A DNA stretch of 63,780 nucleotides, the filler included, from Pirum gemmata (lineage: Eukaryota): NCBI GenBank assembly GCA_002812295.1. It is 27 parts of 27 records of this genome, joined end to end, with 100 filler letters (N's around TTAATTAATTAA, not from the genome) between each part and the next. Parts side by side here need not be neighbours in the genome. Positions count along the whole stretch, not along the records: positions 11,812 to 13,808 come from PDIN01007943.1; positions 13,909 to 16,104 come from PDIN01007944.1; positions 16,205 to 18,327 come from PDIN01007945.1; positions 18,428 to 20,564 come from PDIN01007946.1; positions 20,665 to 22,859 come from PDIN01007947.1; positions 22,960 to 25,153 come from PDIN01007948.1; 21 more parts are not named here. One strand, 5' to 3'. This document shows positions 12,391 through 23,698 of the stretch, piece by piece; within the stretch, counting starts at the first letter, position 1; every line of letters starts with the position of its first letter. Under the pieces are notes generated by a model that was given only the letters and a program-made list of their open reading frames with translations, searched no databases and was not told the DNA's origin. A program made the position numbers and the translations under genes.

Positions 12391-13572
12391 CATGGTTTGA
12401 TGGTTTGATGGTTTGACGGTTTGATGGTTTGATGGTTTGATGGTTTGATGGTTTGATGGTTTGATGGTTTGATGGTTTGATGGTTTGATGGTTTGATGGT
12501 TTGACAGTTTTACAGTTTTACAGTTTAACAGTTACAGTTTTACAGTTTTACAGTTTTACAGTTTTACAGTTTTACAGTTTTACAGTTTTACAGTTTTAAA
12601 GTTTTAAAGTTTTATTACGGTTTTACGGTTTTACGGTTTGACGGTTTGACGGTTTGACGGTTTGACGGTTTGACGGTTTGACGGTTTGACGGTTTGACCG
12701 TTTGACGGTTTGACGGTTTATGGTTTATGGTTTATGGTTTATGGTTTATATGATTTAGGGTTTAGGGTTTATGGTTTAGGGTTTATGGCTTAATAATGGC
12801 TTAGGGTTTATAAATGGTTTAGGGTTTATAAATGGTTTGGGGTTTATAAATGGTTTAGAGTTTATAAATGGTTTAGAGTTTATAAATGGTTTATGGTTTA
12901 TAATGGTTTAGGGTTTATGGTTTATGGTTTATGATTTATGGTTTATGATTTATGGTTTATGATTTATGGTTTATGGTTTATGGTTTATGGTTTATGGTTT
13001 ATGGTTTATGGTTTAGGGTTTATGGTTTATGGTTTATGGTTTATGGTTTATGGTTTATGGTTTATGGTTTATGGTTTATGGCTTATGGTTTATGGCTTAG
13101 GTTTATGATTTATGGTTTATACAAGTAGACCCCTTCACTAGAAGCTTAGCTAGAAGTAGACTAGTCGAGATCGAGACTGGTACTGCTCTAGAGTAGCTAC
13201 TTAGCTACTACTAGAGAGATTGTCTAGCTGGTTTATGGTTTATCGTTTATGGTTTATGGTTTTTATGGTTTATGGTTTTTATGGTTTATGGTTTTTATGG
13301 TTTATGGTTTTTTTGGTTTATGGTTTTTATGGTTTATGGTTTTTANNNNNNNNNNNNNNNNNNNNNNNNNNNNNNNNNNNNNNNNNNNNNNNNNNNNNNN
13401 NNNNNNNNNNNNNNNNNNNNNNNNNNNNNNNNNNNNNNNNNNNNNNNNNNNNNNNNNNNNNNTTTATGGTTTATGGTTTATGGTTTATGGTTTATGGTTT
13501 ATGGTTTATGGTTTATGGTTTATGGTTTATGGTTTATGGTTTATGGTTTATGGTTTATGGTTTATGGTTTAG
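12391..13572. repeat. Graded 7/8-mer satellite (TGGTTTGA, CAGTTTTA, CGGTTTGA, TGGTTTA, GGGTTTA) in a probable VDAC intron
   Basis: Direct reading. Confidence 0.95.
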
Positions 13573-14637
13573 GTTCGTGATTTATATATACTTTTTATAA
13601 TTTACAAGCAATTTCAATGACTGTATATTGTTTTTGCTGTAAGTTAGATGTCATTCACAACGGTATTGTAATTCATCTTAACAATTAAGTGTAAATTAAA
13701 TCTATTCGATTTTAAACAATAATACTAGATCAAACTAGTAGAAAATTTTCTTGAAATAAATTAAAAGCAAAGTATAACAATTGGCTTTGAACAATAACAA
13801 TAATAATANNNNNNNNNNNNNNNNNNNNNNNNNNNNNNNNNNNNNNNNNNNNTTAATTAATTAANNNNNNNNNNNNNNNNNNNNNNNNNNNNNNNNNNNN
13901 NNNNNNNNTAAATAAGTTCGAAAATTTTAAGCTAACAGTTTTAAGTATTCGAGTATATTTATTTATTTATAAACGTTTCGAGCTTTTGAAACTGAAAATT
14001 CGAACAAATTTATATATATTATTGTAGCGTTTTTCATTTTTAAAAGCCCGATACAATAATTTGAAAATTTTCGATTATCTTAAAAAATAAAAAAAAGCTA
14101 TGTTCCCGTACTTTAATGTACTTTCCCATAGCACCTTTTTCTGGTCAAATACAGCTTCAAATACCCCTACCTACCTACCCCTCGACGTTAATTTTTGGTC
14201 AAATAGCACCTACCTACCTACCCCTTGACGTGACGTATTATTTGTATCAGATAGTCTACTTGTGCTTTTCATTTATTTATTTGGTTGGTTATAATATTTA
14301 AATTGATATTTTTATATTAATAATTAGATATTAAAATATACCAAATTGAATAAAATGGATTTATATTGTATTAATTTGGTATTATTTGAACGCTCCCTTT
14401 TTTTAATTCAGCCCCGTTCGAAAAAAAAAATTTTTTTTTTTCATATTTTTCGGGCTTATTAATAAATAAATATATTTGAATACTTAATTGTAAACTTGAA
14501 TATTTCGAACTTATTAATTAATACATAGACTCGAAATCTCGATTTTTAAAGTTCTCGGACTCTCGGATGCAACTTACTAAATTTGGCAATAGCCTAACTA
14601 TGCATATATGGTGATCACTGACCAGACAAATTACAGC

Positions 14638-14847
14638 AGTAGGGGTGAGATCTACTGGAACTTTTTTCGAACAGATTCTTATCGAGCCAACCTTAGTTAC
14701 GTGTTTTTACTAATAATAGCAGTTAAATAGCTTAAAATAGTAAATTTAATTATAGTAGATACCAATTAAAGTAATAATATTAACATTAATAGTAATAGTT
14801 TCGGCAGCTGTTCGGTAATAATAAAATGACGTCATCTCACCCCTACT
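14638..14847. mobile_element. MITE family C copy
   Basis: agtaggggtgagat ... atctcacccctact. Confidence 0.88.
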
Positions 14848-15555
14848 GAAAAAATATTAAATACTAAAATAATATATTTTTTTTATCATAAAAAAATTAT
14901 TTTTAAAATTTAATGATAGTGTCATTTTTTGTTTTTTTTTTTTTTTGTTTTTTGATAAGCTTTTGCATTTGTAGGTCAATTAACTTTTATTTGTTTGTTA
15001 CTCTTAATATTTATTTGGAGGGTTATAATCTTTAAATATACATTTTATAATGACAAAATAAATGAAAGGCACGATAACAACATAAAAAATAAACAACACA
15101 AACAACAATAAATTTTTACCAACATTTATAATTCACACAATCAAAACCCTACAAAACATGATTCCAATACCAAACAACACAGAACAATTATTAAAAATTA
15201 AAACTAGCATAACAACCATCAACACTACAACAACAATAAGTTTTATTACGAATTTTACAATAAAATACAAAATAACTTCATTAACCCATTATTAATATTA
15301 ATATAATAATAATACAACAATATAATAAAACATTATGTAAAAAAGAAACAACAAAAATATTAATAGAAATATGCTCCAAGTCTAAACCAAATATAAATGA
15401 GAAAAGATAATTAATTAAAAATAGAAGAATCAATACAGAAAGACTACAGAAAGTCACATATGGATACTAAACCAAAGAAAACCTATGAATACCGTTACTA
15501 TGTCAATATTGTTCGAAAGAATTTCCATCAGAAATAGCTAATCAAAGTCTAATCA

Positions 15556-15730
15556 AGTAGGGGCGAGATATCACTGGAACTTTTTTCGAGCAGATTATTA
15601 CTTTAATTGGTATCTACTATAATTAGATTTACTAATTTAAGCTATTTAACTGCTATTATTAGTAAAAACACGGAACTAAGGTTGGCTCGATAAGCATCCG
15701 TTCGAAAAAAGTAGATATCTCACCCCTACT
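15556..15730. mobile_element. MITE family C copy, rearranged (same end sequence on both sides)
   Basis: ttttttcga.c.gat near the left end and atc.gttcgaaaaaa near the right end. Confidence 0.8.
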
Positions 15731-16403
15731 GTATGAGCATATAAAAAAAAATTTCTCTCAAATATCATAGTCTAAATCAACTTGACTACATAATCAAATA
15801 ATACATCACGTCAAGGGGTGGGTAGGTAGGTGGTATTTGACCGGAAATTAACGTCGAGGGTTAGGTTGGTAGGAGTATTTGAAGCTGTATTTGACCAGAG
15901 TGTTATATGTAATATTTGTCCCCCAAAAAAGGAGTTCAAGAAAAAAAAAAAAATTTCCTTCTGTAACAGCTTTATGGTTTTTATTCTCCGAGATTCGAAC
16001 CAAAAGGTCAAGCTTGTATATATGTCGCCTTCTGAGGATCCTGCGTGCCCAGCGGATCCTTTTTTCTAAATATGGTAACTAAATGTATAATTTTGGAATT
16101 TTCANNNNNNNNNNNNNNNNNNNNNNNNNNNNNNNNNNNNNNNNNNNNTTAATTAATTAANNNNNNNNNNNNNNNNNNNNNNNNNNNNNNNNNNNNNNNN
16201 NNNNAAAAAAAAGCCAAAAAAAACAAAACAAAACAAACAAACGAAAAAAAAAATGTATATTAATAACAAGCTCAATCCTTCTAAAAAAAAAAAATTTAGT
16301 AAAAATAATTTTATTTTAAAAATTTGGTTATTTTTTTTTTTAACAATTGGTATTTGATATACTTTCCTTTTTATTTAATAATATATAATATATATATTCC
16401 ATT

Positions 16404-17639
16404 ATGTTAACTGAATTAGGTCTTGCATATGGGACTATAGGACTAATTAAGTCACTTAACCAACCTTATAACCCAGATAAACTTTCCATTATTTGTCCTG
16501 AAAATAAGAAATTAGAAGTTAACTTGGATGGTGTTTGGACTGAAGTTGAAAATGGTCAAAATCATTATGAAACAAAAACCGAAGGTGGATTCGGTCGCAT
16601 TTGGTATAAATGTGATGGAAAAAAATCTTACATAAACACCAAGTACAAGACCAATACAGCCAAAGTTGACATCGATCGGGTTGGTAACCAAGCCGACTTT
16701 GCAGTCAGTCTTGCAGCTGTAAATAAACGTACATGGTGTATGTTAGGTGGTACTCCTCGTATTATGATCGATGATAGAGACGTAAAAATGTATAATCACC
16801 AAACCGAACATCTTAAAATCAGAACAGACGGTAACTTTGGAAAAATATACTACAAATGCAGATCAACGCAAATTTTTAGAGATACTCTTAAATCTTTTTA
16901 TCCGAATCAAGATGTTGATGTTGAAGTGAATAGAGATGGTCATTATCTTAATTGGGTGATTCGACCATGGGTAGACGACACTAAATGCATTTCACCAATC
17001 TACAGATATGATGAAGCACTTACTTCGAATAGATGTCAAAATGACTGTCAATGTGACGGAGCTAGATCGTGTACAAGGGACAAATATTGTACAGGTATTT
17101 CTCGTGAACCTTCTTCTTCACCTGTTCCTGAACCTTCTTCACCTGTTCCTGAACCTTCTTCACCTGTTCCTGAACCTTCTTCTGAAACTGTTCCTGAACC
17201 TTCTTCCGAAAGTGAACCTTCTTCTGAATCTGAACCTTCTTCTGAATCTGTTCCAACTAATACCATTACCCCGGGGGAAACTACCGAAGCTCCTAGTGAA
17301 GATGCATACGTACAGCCTTATCATCCAAATACAAGTGTAACCCCTAATGATATTTCTGACAAACATCAGATTTCTATCAATCCAGTAGGAACAACACAGC
17401 ACCCAAAAGATGATCATGAGAACAACGGACCTAGCACCCTTGTGATTGCAGGTGCAGCAGCAGGAGGTGTTGTTGGACTTCTGGTTGTTGGTGGTTTGGC
17501 TGCTGTAGCCGTTACCAAATATCGAAGTGGTCGTGACAATAATAGCATCAGTAGCAACAGCGGTGTTTGGGCTGCTGGGAATCCTATGTTTGATGATCAA
17601 CATTCAACTAATTTTAATGAAAACAAAATTGTTGTTTAA
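16404..17639 (+). CDS. 411-aa intronless single-pass cell-surface protein: two internal repeats (FGRIWYKC/FGKIYYKC), Cys module CQNDCQCDGARSC...C, PEPSS stalk, GxxxG-rich TM helix, NPMF tail
   Basis: Long non-low-complexity ORF with clear domain architecture. Confidence 0.9.
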   Translation: MLTELGLAYGTIGLIKSLNQPYNPDKLSIICPENKKLEVNLDGVWTEVENGQNHYETKTEGGFGRIWYKCDGKKSYINTKYKTNTAKVDIDRVGNQADFAVSLAAVNKRTWCMLGGTPRIMIDDRDVKMYNHQTEHLKIRTDGNFGKIYYKCRSTQIFRDTLKSFYPNQDVDVEVNRDGHYLNWVIRPWVDDTKCISPIYRYDEALTSNRCQNDCQCDGARSCTRDKYCTGISREPSSSPVPEPSSPVPEPSSPVPEPSSETVPEPSSESEPSSESEPSSESVPTNTITPGETTEAPSEDAYVQPYHPNTSVTPNDISDKHQISINPVGTTQHPKDDHENNGPSTLVIAGAAAGGVVGLLVVGGLAAVAVTKYRSGRDNNSISSNSGVWAAGNPMFDDQHSTNFNENKIVV

Positions 17640-18880
17640 ATTCAATTACTTTCAATAAATTTAAAAACTTATAATTAATTAATTGCAGTAACCTATATTA
17701 TATATATATATATATATATATTTATAACATTGTTATTCTAATTATAATACATATTAATACTTAAACTTGTATTATAGAAATGACAATGTTTGTGATGAAT
17801 CATAAGATGATTATTTTTTTTAGTCTATCATAGCTAGCTCTACTACTTCCAGGATAGCTATCGTATCAGACGATAATGAAGTAGCTAGTTTCCTATCTAA
17901 ATCTTAATCTGATACTACCTAGCTAGCTACTAGCTAGCTAGCTAGCTTCCCTATCTAGTAGCTTCCTGTAACCTGTATCACAGTATCTCTGCGCTCTAGC
18001 TAGCTAGCTAGCTGGCTAGCTAGCTATCTGTAATCCCTCCATTCTGTATCATAGACTTTCATAGTTCTCGCAGGGTCTTATCACTGTCTTATCTTCAACC
18101 TTTTTTTTGGGAAAATCAAGTTGCTTGTGTCTTGCTTGTGTAGTGTTTGTGTGGAACTCTACTAAGCTACTAATCATATATATCGACATAATGTATGACA
18201 TTGTACCAGTATATTATTAAATTTATTTTCAATTTTACTTTATTTTTATTTATTAGTTTACTTTTAGTATAAATTAATATTTTTTATTTATTTATTATTA
18301 TTGCATTATTATTATTATTATTATTATNNNNNNNNNNNNNNNNNNNNNNNNNNNNNNNNNNNNNNNNNNNNTTAATTAATTAANNNNNNNNNNNNNNNNN
18401 NNNNNNNNNNNNNNNNNNNNNNNNNNNCTAACCCTAACCCTAACCCTAACCCTAACCCTGACCTTAACCATAGCCCCAACTCTAACCCTACCCCTAACCC
18501 TAACCCTAACCCTAATCCTAACTATAATGGTAATCAAAAGTAGACTATACTCGATTTGATAGTCGAACTTGATTGACCTTTTTCGCAATTTCCACCTTTT
18601 TTTAGAGAAAAAAAAGGGGGGTAAGGTTAATAATGATAATCATAGAGATGATGATGGTGGTGATGGTGGTGAAGAGGCGGAGGAGGAGATTATGGTGGTT
18701 ATGGTGGTTATGGTGGTGGTAGTTTTAAAGGGTATGGTTATGGTTAAGGGTAAGGTTAGGGTTAGGGATATTTGTGTTGTTTTTGTTTATTGTATTTTTT
18801 GTTAAAAAAGGTGTTATTATTTATTTATTTATTATTATTTATTACTGTTTAAATACTAATAATTTTTGTTGATTATTAAT

Positions 18881-18928
<48 letters not shown>

Positions 18929-19681
18929 TATTTCTTTGTATTTTTTTTAATTTTTTTTATTTTTTATGAATTTGATATTTATGCAAACTAGTATCGTCAA
19001 AATACCATTACTATTATTTATTATCATTTTTTACTTGTTATTACTTATTATTACTTGTTATTAATTAATATTAATTATTAATTATTAATTATTATTAAGT
19101 ATTATTATTAAGTATTAAGTATTATTAATTATTAATTATTTATTATTGTTGTTTATTACTATTGTTTATTAATTATTAATTATTAATTATTAAATTTAAT
19201 ATTGTTACTTAATATTACTTAATATTACTTAATATTATTACTTATTATTACTTATTATTACTTATTATTACTTATTTCTTTTTATTATTATTTATTATTT
19301 ATTATTAATTATTAATTATTAATTATTAATTATTAATTATTATTAGCCATTATTAATTATTATTAATTAAGTATTATTAATTTTTGTTTATTACTATTAC
19401 TTATTATTAATTATTAATTATTAATTATTAATTATTAATTATTAATTATTAACTACTAATTATTGATTATTAATTATGGATTATTGATTATAAATTATTA
19501 ATTATTAACCAATATTTATTAATTGTTAATTATTATCTAATAATAATTATTAAATAATTAATTAGTAATTAGTAATTAGTAATTAGTAATTAGTAATTAG
19601 TAATTAGTAATTAGTAATTAGTAATTAATTAATGATTTATGATTAATATTATTTGTTTATTTATTTATCATTATGAATAAG

Positions 19682-20535
19682 GTTTTTATGCCAAATAGTC
19701 ATCGTCAAAAAGGCCGTGGCTATCCTTTCGGGTTTATGAAACCATCGTCTCAAAACAATGCCGTGAACCTATTCGTTATGCCATACAATTATCCAGCTTT
19801 ATTTCAATTAATAGGTATATGATTCTAACCCTAACCCTAACCCTAACCCTAACCCTAACGTTAACCATCCTAACCATCCTAACCATATCCATCCTAACCC
19901 GAACCCGAACCCGAACCCAACCCTAACCCTAAACTCTAATCCTAACCCTAGTCCTAACCCTAACCACCACCACCACCACCACCACCACCACCACCACCAC
20001 CACTAACAGCATTATTACTTTAATACATATACATAACCCTAACATTATCAAATACCCACACATACATATATCAGGTGGCTTAAAGAATAACCCTATAACC
20101 CTAACCCTAACCCCAAACTCAACCCTAACCACCACCACCACCACCACCACCATCACCAACATTATTACTTTAATATATATATATATAATGCTAACGCTAA
20201 CGCTAACCCTAAATCAGGTGATTTAAAGAAAAACTCTAACCCAACAACTCGGTGGCGACAAGATTTTGAAACTTATTTGCACGAAATTCCTTACTACTAC
20301 ATACCCCCCCTTCGGCAGCGCCTTCAACGGTTTGGAGCTGATCGTTTCATGCCGGCTCAACTAACTGGCTCAATGCCTTTTTCTGTACAGACCCAGCTCA
20401 AACATACTAAACAAGTTATGGCTACGGAAGCGGACAAGTTTTATTTGAATTTGATGAATAGAAAAAAACAAAAAGAAATAGAAGAAAAAGCGGCTCTTAA
20501 TAAAAAAAGGGGGATTTCTGAATTAGATTCGCAAT
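19682..20535 (+). CDS. INTS6: Integrator complex subunit 6, internal exons 19682-19814 and 20218-~20535
   Basis: VFMPNSHRQKGRGYPFGFMKPSSQNNAVNLFVMPYNYPALFQLI G DLKKNSNPTTRWRQDFETYLHEIPYYYIPPLR matches INTS6 PFGYLKAS..VNLFVMPYNYP..WRQSFESYLKTMPPYY; phase-1 intron is consistent; 3' end of the second exon is uncertain. Confidence 0.9.
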
Positions 20536-20997
20536 GGTTATTTATTTATTTATTTATTTATTTANNNNNNNNNNNNNNNNNNNNNNNNNNNNNNNNNNNN
20601 NNNNNNNNTTAATTAATTAANNNNNNNNNNNNNNNNNNNNNNNNNNNNNNNNNNNNNNNNNNNNACAATAATATTATATTCATTTTTTATATAGTAGACT
20701 ACTTTTCATTTGTTTTGTCATAAAAATATGTACAATAAAAAACACCAACATAATAATAATATATATAAAATCTATTTGATGTAATTTAGATAATTTGGTT
20801 TGTTTTATTATTTATTTTTTGTATTAATTAAAATAATTTCGGTTATTATACATATTTTTAAATATCAAATAAAATAATCAAGACTGATAAAATATTTATT
20901 TATACATAGTATATTCTGCTAGGAGTCAAATTCATCAGCATTAAATTTTGTTAATTCTGGACAACCAATTTTTAATCAATTAAAACACAATCGTACA

Positions 20998-21492
20998 TTA
21001 TACATAAATTTCCTCTTCCTCGTCAAGTTCATGTCCTCCAGATAAATAACGGGCGTTAAATCCATCACCATTTGCCCAGTCTGGACAACCACCCCACCTC
21101 CATGGCCATCCTCTGAAACAATGGTGATCTGAATAGCCAACCTCAGCTTTTACTAAACTAGAGCCAGTTGAATAATAACCAACCTGTCTGGTCCATGACT
21201 CTTTTGTAACGGAATTATCGTTTTTAATACATTTATGGTTATAACCACCGTGATCATTTGTTAAGATGAATATTTCTTTGTTACTATGAGTTTTGACATC
21301 GTCGTATAGAATTTTTATTTTTCCTATAGTGTCTTTGTTGTTACTAAGGGAGGCACTTTGAAATTCAATACCAACATAACCAGCTCCTTTATTGCACATG
21401 TTTTTAGAATTAGAGTCTTGCGCGATGTGAATTGCTGTGGCTTGGGTTACCATGAACAACGTAAACAAAGAATTCACGTTAATAGACATCAT
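20998..21492 (-). CDS. Small intronless secreted protein (~164 aa), Cys/Trp/Gly-rich C-terminus
   Basis: Signal-like MMSINVNSLFTLFMVTQATA; GC content above background. Confidence 0.8.
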   Translation of the reverse strand: MMSINVNSLFTLFMVTQATAIHIAQDSNSKNMCNKGAGYVGIEFQSASLSNNKDTIGKIKILYDDVKTHSNKEIFILTNDHGGYNHKCIKNDNSVTKESWTRQVGYYSTGSSLVKAEVGYSDHHCFRGWPWRWGGCPDWANGDGFNARYLSGGHELDEEEEIYV

Positions 21493-21694
21493 CTTCACTT
21501 ATATTAAGAAAAGTAGGTATTAGTATATTTTATATATTAGATTGGTTAATAAATTAAATTTATTTTAAAATTTATGTAATTTATATTATTATAATCTTAT
21601 ATTATAAAAATATTTATTGTCTTTTTTTAAATTGTAGTTATATATTTTTTCTGTGTTATTATTATTTACAATTACGTGTGGTTTCTTTTCTTTT

Positions 21695-22625
21695 TATACT
21701 AGTCTGTCTACTGCGGAAAATTATGTCGTTTTTTTTTTTTAATTTTATTTATTGCTGATTATTAATATTAATATTAATATTATTATAATTATTATAATTA
21801 TTAGCATTAATCTAATATATTTAATAACACATATATAAATATAAAATATTATAATCATAATCATAAAAATCATAAATGTTCATACAAAGATTAACTTTTG
21901 CTTGTGGTAATTAAGGACAGTTAGGGAGTGTTATTTTTCATTTTAATCAAGCAATATAAAATTTAATATATAAATATTAATATTAATATTACAGTAAATT
22001 TTGTTATTAAATTGTTATTGTTATATTAATTAATAATATATGATATTGTTTGTTATTAATATTGTTATCAATATTTTTATTAATTTTGTTATTTTTATTA
22101 ATAATGTTATTGTTATTAATAACTCATAATTAAGTTAGTGAGTCAGTCTCCTGCGGAAAATTATGTCGATTTTGTTTTTACTTTATTTTATTTATTGCTG
22201 ATTATTATTATTATTATTATTATTATTATTTTTAATTATTAGCATTGATCTAATATATTTAATAATTATTTACATGTAACATATTATAATCATAATCATA
22301 AAAATCATAAAAATTCATATAAAGGTTCACTTTTGCTTGTGGTAATTAAGGACAGTTACTGAGTGTTATTTTTCATTTTCTAAGCAATATAAATTTAATA
22401 TATTAATATTAATTAATATTTTAATATTAATTAAAGTAAATTTTGTTATTAAATTGTTATTGTTATATATAATATTGTTTGTTATTTTAATATTTATTAA
22501 TGTTGTTATTATTATTAATAATGTTATTGTTATTAATAACTCATAATTAAGTTATTAGTCAGTCAGTCTCCTGCGGAAAATTATGTCGATTTTTTTGTTT
22601 TTTTTTTATTATTATTGCTTATTGC

Positions 22626-22664
<39 letters not shown>

Positions 22665-22859
22665 AGCATTAATCTAATATATATATAATCATATATACAT
22701 ATAAAATATTATAATTATAATTTTAATTAACCATAAAAAAATCATAAATGTTCATATAAAGGTTAACTTTTGCTTGTGGTAATTAAGGACAGTTAGGGAG
22801 TGTTAATTTTCATTTTAAAATTAAGCAACATAAAATTTAATATAAAAATATTAATATTA
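21695..22859. repeat. Tandem array of three ~420-440-bp units with two conserved GC-richer blocks
   Basis: ctgcggaaaattatgtcg blocks at ~21701, 22141, 22561; cttttgcttgtggtaattaaggacagtta at ~21895, 22330, 22766. Confidence 0.92.
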
Positions 22860-22959
22860 NNNNNNNNNNNNNNNNNNNNNNNNNNNNNNNNNNNNNNNNN
22901 NNNTTAATTAATTAANNNNNNNNNNNNNNNNNNNNNNNNNNNNNNNNNNNNNNNNNNNN

Positions 22960-23190
22960 AAAATCATACAAGGCACGGTAATGGTTAAAATCAGGTAAAG
23001 TGATATAGCTTTGGGAACCCGAATCGTTGCCTAGAGCCAAGTAGATTTTATGGCCTTTTTCAATGCCATTTTTAATACAACAATGCATGCTGTCTTTACC
23101 GGAATAAGTAGAGAAGCATTGACTGGAATCCATAGATTCACCAATCATATAAGTTGAGTTGTTTATTTTGGTGCAATAATAGCTTGACAT
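22960..23190 (-). CDS. 3'-truncated ORF (N-terminal 77 aa), possible AEP/primpol-like N-terminus
   Basis: ATG in AAAAAAATGTC context; KIYLALGNDSGSQSYITLPDFNHYRALY loosely resembles the segment before the YE..I motif of PrimPol/NCLDV primases (weak). Confidence 0.55.
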
Positions 23191-23368
23191 TTTTTTGTAG
23201 ACTTTATATTTTATCAATATAATCTTTTTTTTTACTTTTTTTTTTTCAAAAACGATGGAATATATGTTTTATTACAATAACATTATTTCTTTAANNNNNN
23301 NNNNNNNNNNNNNNNNNNNNNNNNNNNNNNNNNNNNNNNNNNNNNNNNNNNNNNNNNNNNNNNAAAAA

Positions 23369-23659
23369 ATGTCTGTAGTTATCAAACAAGAGCTAGCGCA
23401 AGTACTACTTGCCAATCAGCATCTAAACAATGCTGAATTAAGTAAAAAAACAGGAATAACTATCCCCACCATGAGAAGGTATAAAAAAATGTTAAATATA
23501 CAATCTGCGAAGAGAGGAAGGCCTAGAGATGATATAACGAAATATAACGAATATCTCTTTAACCCAAAAAACATGGGAAAAACACCTGAAGTATTGAGTA
23601 AGGAAATAGGAATTAGTGCGAGTACTATTTATAATTATAGGAAATTAAATGGACTATAA
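23369..23659 (+). CDS. 96-aa DNA-binding protein: two HTH motifs separated by an AT-hook-like KRGRPR
   Basis: NNAELSKKTGITIPTMRRYKK and TPEVLSKEIGISASTIYNYRK both fit the HTH pattern. Confidence 0.8.
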   Translation: MSVVIKQELAQVLLANQHLNNAELSKKTGITIPTMRRYKKMLNIQSAKRGRPRDDITKYNEYLFNPKNMGKTPEVLSKEIGISASTIYNYRKLNGL

Positions 23660-23698
23660 AAAAAATAAAATTAAATGTATAATAAATATTTTTCATTT

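Noticed and set aside
22860..22960. Linking the 430-bp array or the copia fragment (25254) to the recombinase cassette
   Set aside because: Separated by artificial linkers; adjacency is not biological
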